A stretch of 64,000 bases of DNA from Prochlorococcus sp. AG-402-L09 (GCA_003216715.1 QCIK01000004.1:63534-127533); one strand, 5' to 3'. Counted from the first letter of the stretch, positions 1-11,082 are shown. Numbers and translations: made by a program. Notes: generated by a model not told the origin, from the letters alone.

Positions 1-1
1 G

Positions 2-1384
2 AAAATTACTTTTGTAGATGGAAACCCAGTAGTCCCAGACCATCCAATTATTCCATTTATCAGAGGTGATGGAACAGGCATAGATATTTGGCCTGCTACA
101 CAATTAGTAATTGATAAAGCTATTGAAAAAGCTTATGGAAAAAATCGATCCATTGAATGGTTCAAAATCTATGCAGGTGATGAAGCTTGCGACTTATATG
201 GAACTTATCAATACTTACCAAACGACACTCTTGAAGCAATACGAACTTACGGAATAGCAATCAAAGGACCTTTAACCACGCCTGTGGGGGGAGGAATCAG
301 ATCTTTAAACGTATCTCTAAGACAGATTTTTGATTTATATTCATGCGTTAGACCTTGCAAATATTATGAAGGGACTCCAAGCCCTCATAAAAAGCCTCAA
401 GATTTAGATGTAATTGTTTATCGAGAAAATACTGAAGATATTTATATGGGCATTGAATGGGAATCTGATGATCCCGAATGCATCAAATTGATTGATAAAC
501 TCAATAATGAAATAATTCCGGCCAGCCAAAAACTAAAAAACAGGAAAATTCCTAACGGAGCAGGAATAGGAATTAAGCCAGTTAGCAAAAGTGGTAGTCA
601 AAGACATATCAGACGAGCGATTAAACATGCACTCAACCTTGAGGGGAACAAAAGACATGTGACCTTAGTGCATAAGGGAAACATCATGAAATTTACTGAA
701 GGAGCTTTCAGAGATTGGGGATATGAATTAGCCACTACAGAATTTAGGAATGAATGCGTAACAGAGAGAGAAAGTTGGATTTTAGATAACTTAGAAAAAA
801 ATCCTCGCATTTCTTACGAGGAGAACGCTGAGTTGATTGATCCAGGTTATTCATCTTTAACAGAAGAGAAAAAGAAAGCTATTTGTGATGAAGTTTATTC
901 AGTTCTCACATCCATTGGAAGTAGTCATGGCAATGGGAAATGGAAGGACATGGTAATGGTTGATGACCGAATAGCAGATAGTATTTTTCAACAAATTCAA
1001 ACTCGTCCTCAAGAGTATTCCATCCTTGCAACTCTCAATCTAAATGGTGATTACATATCAGATGCGGCCGCAGCAATTGTTGGTGGACTTGGAATGGCAC
1101 CAGGTGCAAACATTGGAGATAAGGCGGCTATTTTCGAGGCCACCCATGGAACAGCTCCAAAACATGCAGGTTTGGACAGAATCAATCCAGGGTCAGTAAT
1201 ACTTAGTGGGGTAATGATGCTGGAATATTTAGGTTGGAATGAGGCAGCAAAATTAATTACAAATGGATTGAGCAAATCTATTTCAGATAAACGAGTTACT
1301 TACGATCTAGCACGATTAATGGAACCACACGTAGAGCCTCTCAGTTGTAGTGATTTTGCGAAATCAATTGTTGAAAGATTTTAA
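2..1384 (+). CDS. icd: NADP-dependent isocitrate dehydrogenase (5'-truncated by the window edge)
   Basis: Frame is open from base 2 (KITFVDGNPVVPDHPIIPFIRGDGTGIDIWP), upstream of the ORF-track start at 284. Motifs IKGPLTTPVGGGIRSLNV, VTLVHKGNIMKFTEGAF, NLNGDYISD, FEATHGTAPKHAG. Confidence 0.97.
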   Translation, partial: KITFVDGNPVVPDHPIIPFIRGDGTGIDIWPATQLVIDKAIEKAYGKNRSIEWFKIYAGDEACDLYGTYQYLPNDTLEAIRTYGIAIKGPLTTPVGGGIRSLNVSLRQIFDLYSCVRPCKYYEGTPSPHKKPQDLDVIVYRENTEDIYMGIEWESDDPECIKLIDKLNNEIIPASQKLKNRKIPNGAGIGIKPVSKSGSQRHIRRAIKHALNLEGNKRHVTLVHKGNIMKFTEGAFRDWGYELATTEFRNECVTERESWILDNLEKNPRISYEENAELIDPGYSSLTEEKKKAICDEVYSVLTSIGSSHGNGKWKDMVMVDDRIADSIFQQIQTRPQEYSILATLNLNGDYISDAAAAIVGGLGMAPGANIGDKAAIFEATHGTAPKHAGLDRINPGSVILSGVMMLEYLGWNEAAKLITNGLSKSISDKRVTYDLARLMEPHVEPLSCSDFAKSIVERF

Positions 1385-1412
1385 CTAAACATTGTTTAGA
1401 GTCTTTCAACAA

Positions 1413-2765
1413 TTAAGGATTTGACTCCATCAATCTAAATGATTCTAGAAGAGTTTTCTCATTGCCTAGATTACCTGGAAAAGTAACTACTGGTAAATCA
1501 TATTGATCAGAATTACTTGTTACTATTGACAATCCTGGTAATATCTGGCCTTTTAAATCTACTTGATTAAACTTCAACCCCTTTTGAAGCAAGAGTTGTG
1601 TTGTAATACCTCCTTTACTAATAATGTAACCCAACTTATTAGTTATTTTTCCAACTAGAATTGCCATAAACTCTGCAAGTTCTAGTCCAAAATTCATTCT
1701 TTTAGAGTCAGAAGAAAACTTCATTTCTTCTCGAGTAGTAAATAAAACAGGTATTTTTTTTGTATCCAAAATATTATCTATTTTCGACAATAAAATATTC
1801 TCCAGTTCTAAGATTTCTTGTTCACAATCTTCTAAAGCAAAAATACCAGCTAATTGACTGACTGGTATTTCCAAACCTTCACAGGAATTATCTTTTAATA
1901 AAACCTTTAATTGATCTGTCGCTAATTTCACATGGGAGCCAACCATTATCAATCCTGGCTTATATTCAAACTGATTATTTTTCGATTTTAAAGATACTAA
2001 ATCTGACGTATCTTTAGGGTTAGGTGGTAAACCAGATAAAGAGTTAATAAAGCTTGCTGCTGTTCGGAAAAGAAATCTTTTTTCTTTAGAAACTACTTTA
2101 ATCGCTCTAGCTAGTGTTTCTAAATGATGAGGTAATTTAGCATCCACAACTACTGAAATATTATTTTCTAATTCAAACAAAAAGCTTAAAAGAGATTTAA
2201 AGCCATCTTTATTATTAAAAGCCATATCTAATTGTTTAATTTCAATGTGTAAGATATTTTCCGCCTGTATCTTTCCAAAACTTTTTTCTTCAATCCATTT
2301 AGCTAAATCACTAGTAGAAAATCCAAAAATATTATCCCGACCGAAATCAGTATTATGAACAGGTATCCCATTTAGATAATGAATACCGTTTTCAGTTGTT
2401 CTTCCACCTTCCAAAAAAGCTGGAATGTGGAATGTTGCGTGAAATGGTCCTAATTCTTCAGCAAGAATTGCGGGTTCCAAAACACCATGACCACGTAATG
2501 TTGAATCACCTCTACTAATATAAAAATAATCATCTTTAGAATATCCTTGTATTAAAAAAAACTTCTTAATAGATGAACATATTTCTCTGATTTTCTTAAC
2601 AGCCAAAACAGAAGATAAAGATCTTGTGTTCGCAAGTATAAATATTAAAGGCGATGATTTTATAAATGTTTTCTCAAGAGTTTTTTCATCCCAATTTAAT
2701 AATAATGGGCATCCATAAACAGTTTGAGATCCAGTTGGATCATCATCAAAAATAATTATTTTCAT
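1413..2765 (-). CDS. Four-carbon acid sugar kinase family protein (DUF1537/YgbK, OtnK/DtnK-like)
   Basis: N-terminal IIIFDDDPTG, SRGDSTLRGH, HIPAFLEGGRTT, ISKGGITT and C-terminal VTFPGNLG are typical of the family. Confidence 0.85.
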   Translation of the reverse strand: MKIIIFDDDPTGSQTVYGCPLLLNWDEKTLEKTFIKSSPLIFILANTRSLSSVLAVKKIREICSSIKKFFLIQGYSKDDYFYISRGDSTLRGHGVLEPAILAEELGPFHATFHIPAFLEGGRTTENGIHYLNGIPVHNTDFGRDNIFGFSTSDLAKWIEEKSFGKIQAENILHIEIKQLDMAFNNKDGFKSLLSFLFELENNISVVVDAKLPHHLETLARAIKVVSKEKRFLFRTAASFINSLSGLPPNPKDTSDLVSLKSKNNQFEYKPGLIMVGSHVKLATDQLKVLLKDNSCEGLEIPVSQLAGIFALEDCEQEILELENILLSKIDNILDTKKIPVLFTTREEMKFSSDSKRMNFGLELAEFMAILVGKITNKLGYIISKGGITTQLLLQKGLKFNQVDLKGQILPGLSIVTSNSDQYDLPVVTFPGNLGNEKTLLESFRLMESNP

Positions 2766-2796
2766 AAAAACTTAATCTATTTTTTTAATCAACAAT

Positions 2797-3981
2797 TTAT
2801 TCGAATCTCTTCCAATTTTCAGGTACTTGAATATAAGATTTATTTAAATCGGCAACAGACCCACATCCCAATAGCTTCATAGTTCTCACTATATCTGTTT
2901 TAAGAATTTCTATAGCTCTGGCAACGCCTTTCCCTCCTGCCGCAGCAAGTCCATACGCATAGGCTCTACCTATCAAAACTCCTTTCGCGCCAAGACATAA
3001 TGCTTTAACAACATCACTACCCCTGCGAATACCTCCATCTAGCAACACATCTGTTTTCCCATCAACTGCAGCTAAAATTTCAGGCAAAACCCGGATCGTG
3101 GGAGCAACGCTATCAAGTTGCCTAGCTCCATGATTAGAAATAACGATGGCATCAGCACCTAGCTCTACCGCTTTTTTTGCGTCATCACCAATATGTATAC
3201 CCTTAACAATAATTTTCCCACCCCATGCCTCGCGAATCCATTGAAGATCCTCCCAAGTAACAACTGATTGTTCTAAAGCAGGACCAATTGCCGTGTATCC
3301 CATAGGGCCATCATCAAGCTGAACATTTGGAAAACTCATTAAGCCTCCATCACTTAACCATTGAGTCATCCAGCATGGTTTAACTAATATTTGAGGTATA
3401 TAGGGAAGCATCTCAAAAGGATTCATCGATAAAAGCTGTTGGGTTCCTGATCGCATATCTCTTTCCCTTAAACCAGATACGGGTGTATCAATAGTTACAA
3501 CTATTGCTGAGAATCCAGCTTCTTTAGCTCTAGCAATTGTTTTTAACGCGACTTCTTTACCACCTAGTAAATAAAGCTGATACCACGCTGGACCGTTTGT
3601 AGCAGCTTTAACATCTTCTAACAAACAACCTGAGAGAGTCGACAAAGTGTATCCAGTCCCTGCTTTTCCTGCCTCTCTAGCTGCAACCACTTCTCCCTGA
3701 GGATAGAACATTCTGCTACTCCCTACTGGTCCTAACAAGAAAGGAAGTTGAAATTTCTGATCTAAAACAGAGATTCCAAGATCACACGATGGAACAGAGA
3801 CTGCACATCTAGGTCTAAATAAAATTTCATTATATGCGTTGCAATTTTGTGAAAGTGTTTGTTCTCTATCTGCACCACTATCTATATAGTTAAAAACCAT
3901 TGCAGGTAGGCGATTTTTAGCTCTAGACCTGAGGTCATCAATATTAAGTACTCCTGGAGAGGAAACATCTGCTCCTAACAT
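2797..3981 (-). CDS. lldD: FMN-dependent alpha-hydroxy acid dehydrogenase/oxidase (L-lactate dehydrogenase LldD/lactate oxidase-like)
   Basis: YIDSGAD, WYQLY, VTIDTPVSGLRERD, IIVKGI, ISNHGARQLD, DGGIRRGSDVVKALCLGA motifs. Confidence 0.85.
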   Translation of the reverse strand: MLGADVSSPGVLNIDDLRSRAKNRLPAMVFNYIDSGADREQTLSQNCNAYNEILFRPRCAVSVPSCDLGISVLDQKFQLPFLLGPVGSSRMFYPQGEVVAAREAGKAGTGYTLSTLSGCLLEDVKAATNGPAWYQLYLLGGKEVALKTIARAKEAGFSAIVVTIDTPVSGLRERDMRSGTQQLLSMNPFEMLPYIPQILVKPCWMTQWLSDGGLMSFPNVQLDDGPMGYTAIGPALEQSVVTWEDLQWIREAWGGKIIVKGIHIGDDAKKAVELGADAIVISNHGARQLDSVAPTIRVLPEILAAVDGKTDVLLDGGIRRGSDVVKALCLGAKGVLIGRAYAYGLAAAGGKGVARAIEILKTDIVRTMKLLGCGSVADLNKSYIQVPENWKRFE

Positions 3982-4127
3982 TATTCATCACAAATTCATG
4001 AATGATGAATCTATAATATATTGATCATAGATGCAAAAACTAACAAAATATTGAAATATTTGCCATGCAAAAAGTTATTAATTAAATATAATTAGTGACA
4101 TATTATACTCCTCAAAAACTTAAATAA

Positions 4128-4985
4128 CTAAAAAGAATTATGCTTAAAAGTGGTAAATAATTCTAAATATTCTTCTGGTTTAATTTCAAGTTTTCTATCT
4201 CCAGTCACCAATGAATTCCTTGGGCTAGTCCAAGGCTCAAGACAAACCATTTGTCTTGAAGGATCAGTCCATATAACTGTTGTATCCATTGGCGCTTCAT
4301 GAATTAATTCAATTACATTCCTAGATAAACAATCGAAAAGTTTAACCGAACAAGAAGGATAAGAAAGAAAATCAACTCCCTTATCTAAAATTCTTATTTG
4401 ATCAGAGGCATTAGTAACTTTCATATTAGTTTGATCAATGCATTTTTCAGGCAAACCTTCTATCTTTATTTTTTGTGTATTTAAAACTTGGAAATATGGA
4501 TGCAAGCCAAAACTGCAAGGCATTGAATCTTGACTCTGATTGTAAATTTTAACAGATACTTCAAGACTCTTTTCTTTCAATATAACATCCATCCAAAGAG
4601 TAAAGGAGAAAGGGAAACAAGAACGTGAATCATTACTATCACTAAGTTTTAGCCTTATTCCTACTTCGTCTTTCAATAAATCTATTGACCAAGGTAAATC
4701 TCTTGCAAAACCATGCTGTTTTAAAAAATACTTCTTACCACCAGTTGAATAGCCTTCAGATAGATCACCGCATATTGGGAAAAGAATAGGGATTCCTCCT
4801 CTAACGCTTTTATCTTTATCTAGAAAACGCTCTAAATCAAAGTACAACAGTTCTTTCCCTTCGCTTCTCCATTCAGTAATCAACCCTCCTCGTTCAGGGA
4901 CAATTCTTATTAAAGAATCGAATTCAGTATTTGAATATTCCCAGTGTGAATAAGGATTTGTCTTTTTTTCGAAACTAACAGTCAT
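4128..4985 (-). CDS. Galactose mutarotase/aldose 1-epimerase-like protein
   Basis: RGGIPILFPICG, QHGFARDLPW, FGLHPYF, VCLEPWT motifs. Confidence 0.88.
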   Translation of the reverse strand: MTVSFEKKTNPYSHWEYSNTEFDSLIRIVPERGGLITEWRSEGKELLYFDLERFLDKDKSVRGGIPILFPICGDLSEGYSTGGKKYFLKQHGFARDLPWSIDLLKDEVGIRLKLSDSNDSRSCFPFSFTLWMDVILKEKSLEVSVKIYNQSQDSMPCSFGLHPYFQVLNTQKIKIEGLPEKCIDQTNMKVTNASDQIRILDKGVDFLSYPSCSVKLFDCLSRNVIELIHEAPMDTTVIWTDPSRQMVCLEPWTSPRNSLVTGDRKLEIKPEEYLELFTTFKHNSF

Positions 4986-4988
4986 CGA

Positions 4989-5900
4989 TTAAAGCTGATC
5001 AATCCATTCTAAAAGAGCCGAATTAACCTGATCAGGAACTTCATCATGTGGACAATGGCCAGCATCTAAAACAACTTCTTTTGTATTTTCAGGAGTATGT
5101 TTTTGGTAAGTAGCCCTTTTACCAGGTGCATTCATCCAAGGATCTCTATTGCCCCAAAGCAATAACAATGGTGCCTTCAACTGAGCAAACAACTCATCCA
5201 GTGGTCTTCCCTGAGGTCCTGCGGGATCAAAAACACTTTTGAATACATTAAAAGCACCAGCATCTAAAGATGGTTTTCGGATTGCTTCTACTAGTTCATC
5301 ATCAACATTTGATGTATCAATATAAACTTGATTTAATGTACGTTTAATTGTTGCAGGCTGTCTAAGATTTTCAAAAATTATTCTTTGCAATAGAGCATTT
5401 TTTAGAAAGATGCCAGCAACTGTTTTTCTAGCTGTAGCCCAAAATCCTTTAGTTGGTTTCTTGTCTTCACTGAAATAACCAGCAGCATTTAATAAAACCA
5501 CGCCTGCAGCTTCACTACCCAAAGCAGCACCACTAGCAAGCGCTGCATATCCACCTAAAGAGTTGCCTACAAGTATTGTAGGTCTCCCAATATTTTCTTT
5601 AACGTAGGCAACTATTTGATCTTTCCAAAGTGGACCTCCATAAGCCAAACCAAAAGGTTTAGAGCTTTTACCAAAGCCAAGAAGATCTAGAGCGTGAACT
5701 TCATAGTGCTTTCCGAGTACTGGTAAGTTGTGCCTCCAATGAGATGTAGAGGCGCCAAAGCCATGAATTAAAAGAATTGCTGGCCCTTTTTCTTCATTAG
5801 TCTTGCTTTTATGAGCTTCAGGAATAATGCTCACACTATGAACAGAATGACCTGAGAATTTCCAATCAGAAAGATTTGTTTCTACAACTGAGGAAACCAT
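4989..5900 (-). CDS. Alpha/beta fold hydrolase
   Basis: LLIHGFGAS, ALDLLGFGKS, nucleophile GNSLGG, DAGHCPHDE. Confidence 0.9.
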   Translation of the reverse strand: MVSSVVETNLSDWKFSGHSVHSVSIIPEAHKSKTNEEKGPAILLIHGFGASTSHWRHNLPVLGKHYEVHALDLLGFGKSSKPFGLAYGGPLWKDQIVAYVKENIGRPTILVGNSLGGYAALASGAALGSEAAGVVLLNAAGYFSEDKKPTKGFWATARKTVAGIFLKNALLQRIIFENLRQPATIKRTLNQVYIDTSNVDDELVEAIRKPSLDAGAFNVFKSVFDPAGPQGRPLDELFAQLKAPLLLLWGNRDPWMNAPGKRATYQKHTPENTKEVVLDAGHCPHDEVPDQVNSALLEWIDQL

Positions 5901-6017
5901 TTAAGAATAAACTCACACCCGTTGATATTAGTAAATCATTGATCGAAAAAGATTAGTGATTTTATTTCTTTTTTTCGAAATTTCCTCACCTTTTTGAAAA
6001 AGAGTTTTCAATGATTA

Positions 6018-7391
6018 CTAAACCAATCCAACTGGATCAGCGGCTATCTCATCAGGGATTGAATTACCTCCTGAAGGGGGTTTATCTTTCAAAACAACTC
6101 TTAGCAAAACAGGAGCTAAAAATGTTGTTCCAATAACCATTAACAATATTGCAGCCTCGAGTGAAGGGGTTAACAAACCAGCACTTGTTCCCAATCCTAA
6201 GAAAATCAATCCGACCTCACCTCGAGGCATCATTCCCAAGCCAACTACTAATCTATTGGTTGGTTTATCAATTACAAAGCACCAACCAGCTGCAATTTTT
6301 CCAACAATTGCCACAATAAATAAGAAACCAGCCACGATGAGTGCAGAGCGACTCTGTGGATCAAGAGGATTTATTACAGAAAGATCCATACCAGCACCAA
6401 CAAGCACAAAGAAAATAGTTGCGAATAGTGATACCAATGGCAAAACAGATTGTTGAATTGCGTGATTATTTTTTGAACTACTCAGTATCAAACCGGCTGC
6501 AAAAGCACCCAAAGCAGCTTCTAAACCAATAGCAGTAGCCACAAAACAACTTAAAACTAAGATCACAAAAGAAGCTACAACAACAGCTCCCGGAGCTTTG
6601 AGTCTTTCAAGCAACCAATCAAAGGCTGGAGCAGCTGTTCGACTCAAAGCAATTGCAGCAAATACAAAAACAGTTGCAGCTAACACTAATTTTACAATGG
6701 GGGCAATTTGCAATGACCCTCCCGTAGCAAGAGCTACTACAACGGCAAGAATGACAATTCCAAGTATGTCATCTAGTACTGCTGCACCAATAACAATTTG
6801 TCCCTCACGAGTTTTCAAGTAACCAAGCTCCCCAAAAACACTTGCAGTAATACCTATACTCGTAGCGGTCATAGATGCACCAGCAAATATCGCTGGAATT
6901 ATGTCTACTTGAAAAATAAACATTAATCCAAAAGTCCCAAAAGCAAATGGCAAAATCACACCTGCCATTGCAACAGTGAATGCTTGCGCTCCAACTGCTA
7001 CAAGTTCCTCTAATTCACTTTCCAGACCAGTTAGAAATAACAAAGCATATAGTCCTAAAGTTGCTACGGCTTGTAATGATGGAAAAGTTTCAAAATAAAT
7101 ATCCGGGACAGCTTCTTTAGGTACTGAAGCAAGAGTGCTAATAACAGAAACAAAACCTTGATTCAACTCAGCATGAGCACTTGGCGGCAGGAGAAGATGC
7201 AATCCTGAGGCACCAATTAAAACTCCGGCAAGAAGTTCACCAACGATTGTGGGCAAACTTAGTCGAACCAAGATTTCAGCCAAAGTCCTTGCCGCAACAA
7301 AGATCATTAAGAAATTAATGACCCCGATAAGTGTTTCCGCGACCTCAACATCATGAGTATTTAGGGCTGAGACTAAAGGAGTTAATACCAT
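6018..7391 (-). CDS. Na+/H+ antiporter, CPA2 family (NhaS3-like)
   Basis: Multi-TM protein with LPTIVGELLAG, ATSIGIT, GAAVLDDILG, GMMPRGEVGL. Confidence 0.92.
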   Translation of the reverse strand: MVLTPLVSALNTHDVEVAETLIGVINFLMIFVAARTLAEILVRLSLPTIVGELLAGVLIGASGLHLLLPPSAHAELNQGFVSVISTLASVPKEAVPDIYFETFPSLQAVATLGLYALLFLTGLESELEELVAVGAQAFTVAMAGVILPFAFGTFGLMFIFQVDIIPAIFAGASMTATSIGITASVFGELGYLKTREGQIVIGAAVLDDILGIVILAVVVALATGGSLQIAPIVKLVLAATVFVFAAIALSRTAAPAFDWLLERLKAPGAVVVASFVILVLSCFVATAIGLEAALGAFAAGLILSSSKNNHAIQQSVLPLVSLFATIFFVLVGAGMDLSVINPLDPQSRSALIVAGFLFIVAIVGKIAAGWCFVIDKPTNRLVVGLGMMPRGEVGLIFLGLGTSAGLLTPSLEAAILLMVIGTTFLAPVLLRVVLKDKPPSGGNSIPDEIAADPVGLV

Positions 7392-7555
7392 CAGTTTTTC
7401 TAGAAATGCCTTTTCTTTAAGACATAAATTACCTAATCACAGGGCATATTTGGCTTAAGTATCAAAGGTGACTTAATTACTAAGGTGTGGATCTGAAGTT
7501 ACTAACTGATTACCAGGACTTTATTGGCTAGCGTCCAGAAACATTTGATGCCTTT

Positions 7556-10075
7556 ATGAGCAGCTCCCAGTCACTAGACCTGCGTCTGCCGACCCCAGGA
7601 TGTTATGCAGATCCTGTAAGGGCTGGCATGGATGCTGATGCAGTCTTCGATGGAATGACTGAGCATCTCTTTTTTACTCTTGGCAAACTCGCTACGTCGG
7701 CAAGTCTGAGAGATCTCTATATGGCTTTGAGCTTTGCTGTTAGGGACAGATTAATGAGTAGATATTTAACTAGTCAAGAGACAATAAGAGCAAGACCTCA
7801 AAAAACAGTTGCATATCTTTCAGCTGAATTCCTCATAGGACCTCAACTAAACAATAATTTATTAAATCTAGGGATCAAAAAAGAAGCAGAAGAAGCCCTT
7901 AAAAGGTTTGGTATTGAATCTTTAAATGAAATATTAGAAGTAGAAGAAGAACCTGGGCTTGGTAATGGAGGATTAGGGAGACTTGCAGCTTGCTATATGG
8001 AATCACTTGCAAGTCTTCAAGTCCCTGCAGTGGGATACGGAATAAGATATGAATTTGGTATTTTCAACCAATTAATAAGAGATGGTTGGCAAGTTGAAGT
8101 TACTGATAAATGGCTCAAAGGTGGATGGCCCTGGGAATTACCCCAACCAGATGAGGCTTGCTTAGTTGGCTTTGGAGGTCAAACTGAGAGCTATACGGAT
8201 GACAATGGAAATTATCGCTCTAGATGGATTCCAAGCGAACATGCGATAGGTGTTCCACATGATGTGCCTGTTCTTGGTTACAGAGTAAATAGCTGCGATC
8301 GGTTGAGATTATGGAGAGCTGATGCAACCGAAAGTTTTGATTTCTACGCTTTTAATATTGGCGATTACTACGGTGCTGTTGAAGAGAAAGTTGCATCAGA
8401 AACTCTCTCAAAAGTTCTATACCCCAATGATGGAACTGACGAAGGAAGAAGATTACGTTTAAAACAACAACACTTTTTTGTAAGTTGTTCTTTGCAGGAC
8501 ATGCTTCGAAGTTTAGAAAAGCGCTCAATAGCTGTTGAAGAGTTTCCAAATCACTGGACAGTTCAACTTAATGACACTCATCCAGCTATTGCAGTTGCAG
8601 AATTAATGAGACTCTTAATCGATCAATATAGATTGGATTGGGATAAAGCCTGGGAAATCACAAATAGATCTGTAGCATATACGAACCATACTTTGTTACC
8701 CGAAGCTCTCGAGAAATGGGACCTCAGCCTTTTTAAAAATTTATTACCTAGACATTTAGAACTTATCTATGAAATTAATAGACGATTCTTGCAACAAGTA
8801 AGACTTAAGTATCCAGGAAATGACTCAATTCTGAGGAAGCTTTCAATTATTGATGAAGAAGGGGGAAAAGCTATTCGTATGGCACATTTAGCGACAATTG
8901 GAGCACATCATATAAATGGAGTAGCTGCACTTCATTCAGATTTAATCAAGAGACAATTATTACCAGAATTTGCAGAACTCTGGCCTGAAAAGTTCACTAA
9001 CGTAACCAATGGAGTAACACCTCGTAGATGGGTAGCTTTAGCAAACCCTGAACTTTCCAAACTTCTTGATAAAGAGATTGGTCCTAATTGGATTACTAAT
9101 ATGGACCTGTTACTAGAGTTAGAAAAAAAAGAAAATGACTCTAATTTTTTAGATCTTTTTGCATCAGCTAAGTTGTCTGGGAAAAGGAAACTAGCTGGTT
9201 ACATACATAGACAAACCGGTGTTCTTGTAGATCCTTCTAGTTTATTTGATGTGCAAGTTAAAAGAATTCACCAATATAAAAGACAACATTTGAATGCTTT
9301 GCAAGTCATCGCTCAATATCTAAGAATTAAAAATGGAATAACGAAAAATATTGCACCACGTACCATCATTTTTGGGGGTAAAGCTGCGCCAGGTTATTTC
9401 ATGGCTAAATTAATGATTAGATTTATTAATGGAATCGCAGATGTAGTCAATGCAGATCCTGATATGGATGGATTGCTGAGGGTTGTTTTTCTTCCAGATT
9501 ACAATGTGAAATTAGGTGAGCAAGTCTATCCCGCAACTGATCTTTCTGAGCAAATTTCAACTGCTGGTAAAGAAGCTTCAGGAACTGGAAATATGAAATT
9601 CGCAATGAACGGTGCATTAACAATTGGAACACTTGATGGAGCTAATGTAGAGATCAGAGAAAGAGTTGGCTCTGAAAATTTCTTTTTGTTCGGTAAAACA
9701 GAATCAGAAATCATGGAATTAAGAGATCAAGGATATAGTCCGAATAGCTTTATTGCTGAGTCAAATGAACTGCAAGAAACTCTTAAGTTAATAGAAGTTG
9801 GGCACTTTAGTAACGGTGATAGTGAGCTGTTTAGACCAATATTAAATATTTTGACAGGGAACGATCCTTTCTTTGTTATGGCTGATTTTGATGATTACCT
9901 TCGTGCACAAGATGAGGTTAGTAAAGCTTGGAAAAAAAGTAAAAAATGGAATCGAATGGCACTTCTAAATACAGCAAGATCAGGCTTTTTCTCTTCAGAC
10001 AGATCAATAAGAGAATATTGTAAATCTATATGGAAAGTTAAACCATTACCTGTAGAGATTAGTTGTGAAAAATAA
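7556..10075 (+). CDS. glgP: Glycogen/starch phosphorylase
   Basis: EEEPGLGNGGLGRLAAC, QLNDTHP, NVTNGVTPRRW, QVKRIHQYKRQ, EASGTGNMK (PLP lysine), GTLDGANVE. Confidence 0.98.
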   Translation: MSSSQSLDLRLPTPGCYADPVRAGMDADAVFDGMTEHLFFTLGKLATSASLRDLYMALSFAVRDRLMSRYLTSQETIRARPQKTVAYLSAEFLIGPQLNNNLLNLGIKKEAEEALKRFGIESLNEILEVEEEPGLGNGGLGRLAACYMESLASLQVPAVGYGIRYEFGIFNQLIRDGWQVEVTDKWLKGGWPWELPQPDEACLVGFGGQTESYTDDNGNYRSRWIPSEHAIGVPHDVPVLGYRVNSCDRLRLWRADATESFDFYAFNIGDYYGAVEEKVASETLSKVLYPNDGTDEGRRLRLKQQHFFVSCSLQDMLRSLEKRSIAVEEFPNHWTVQLNDTHPAIAVAELMRLLIDQYRLDWDKAWEITNRSVAYTNHTLLPEALEKWDLSLFKNLLPRHLELIYEINRRFLQQVRLKYPGNDSILRKLSIIDEEGGKAIRMAHLATIGAHHINGVAALHSDLIKRQLLPEFAELWPEKFTNVTNGVTPRRWVALANPELSKLLDKEIGPNWITNMDLLLELEKKENDSNFLDLFASAKLSGKRKLAGYIHRQTGVLVDPSSLFDVQVKRIHQYKRQHLNALQVIAQYLRIKNGITKNIAPRTIIFGGKAAPGYFMAKLMIRFINGIADVVNADPDMDGLLRVVFLPDYNVKLGEQVYPATDLSEQISTAGKEASGTGNMKFAMNGALTIGTLDGANVEIRERVGSENFFLFGKTESEIMELRDQGYSPNSFIAESNELQETLKLIEVGHFSNGDSELFRPILNILTGNDPFFVMADFDDYLRAQDEVSKAWKKSKKWNRMALLNTARSGFFSSDRSIREYCKSIWKVKPLPVEISCEK

Positions 10076-10079
10076 ATAA

Positions 10080-10541
10080 CTACTTATCTGGCAAGTCAGG
10101 TGTTTGATGTAATAATCTATTTAATCTTAAGCGATCAATATTTAATGGATCTGGAGCTAGTTCACCTGCTATCTCTTTAAATTTATCTTCAACTTCATTA
10201 GGAACTTTAACATCGAAAATTCTTTCCATTAAAGCTTCTATAGAGTACAGATGAGCGTTAATATTTTCAAGATCAGAGACTACTTGTGTAATAGATTTTT
10301 CTTTTTTCTCAATGGTTCCCGTTTGAGAATTCTCTTCAGATTGATTAGATGAATTCGAGTTAACTTGCTTTTGTAAATCTTCTAAAACTCGTCCACACAA
10401 AGTTCTAAAAGATTGAAGTGCAGCCCAACTGATCTCTTGTTGTTGACGCAGAGTGGGGAACTCTCTAATCAAACGATCATGTTCCCTATAAAATCTGAGG
10501 CAATCTGGACATTGGCATGGTTCTTCAGGCACCTTAATCAA
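10080..10541 (-). CDS. Conserved picocyanobacterial hypothetical protein (N-terminal CxCxxC)
   Basis: 153-aa ORF tightly packed between glgP and the next gene; CQCPDC motif. Confidence 0.7.
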   Translation of the reverse strand: MIKVPEEPCQCPDCLRFYREHDRLIREFPTLRQQQEISWAALQSFRTLCGRVLEDLQKQVNSNSSNQSEENSQTGTIEKKEKSITQVVSDLENINAHLYSIEALMERIFDVKVPNEVEDKFKEIAGELAPDPLNIDRLRLNRLLHQTPDLPDK

Positions 10542-10569
10542 GGCAGCTTAGAAACCATCATTGCATTTA

Positions 10570-10908
10570 TTAGGCCGTCATAGGGGGCTCACCATTAAAT
10601 AAGTCTTCTCCAGATTCTTTAATATCTAGATCAGAGCTCTCAGGAAGAGGTATTTCAATGCTAGTAACCACTTGAATGACATCACGTAATCTCATGGAGT
10701 CTGCAAACCATCCCATAGCTTGCTCTGTATCAGCTCTTCCCTCTGCATCATTAGCTTGGTCTTCATGGGCTTCTGCTAGAAGTGTTAACCAACATAAACA
10801 TCTAGCTTGAACAATTGATAAATCTAAATCACTCGGTTGGGATTTAGATATGTGCTCACTTTCCTGTTGAACAAGCAATCGCAAGCGAAGATCGTGAAGC
10901 TGGGCCAT
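10570..10908 (-). CDS. Conserved hypothetical protein
   Basis: 112-aa ORF filling the gap, co-oriented with its neighbour. Confidence 0.65.
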   Translation of the reverse strand: MAQLHDLRLRLLVQQESEHISKSQPSDLDLSIVQARCLCWLTLLAEAHEDQANDAEGRADTEQAMGWFADSMRLRDVIQVVTSIEIPLPESSDLDIKESGEDLFNGEPPMTA

Positions 10909-11008
10909 CTTGACTTATTCACTACACCAACGCTAGCGAGAGAGTATGAATTTTGCACACCCACCACATATAGGACTACATTTTTTTTGTTTTAGTTCGT
11001 TTTTCGCA

Positions 11009-11082
<74 letters not shown>

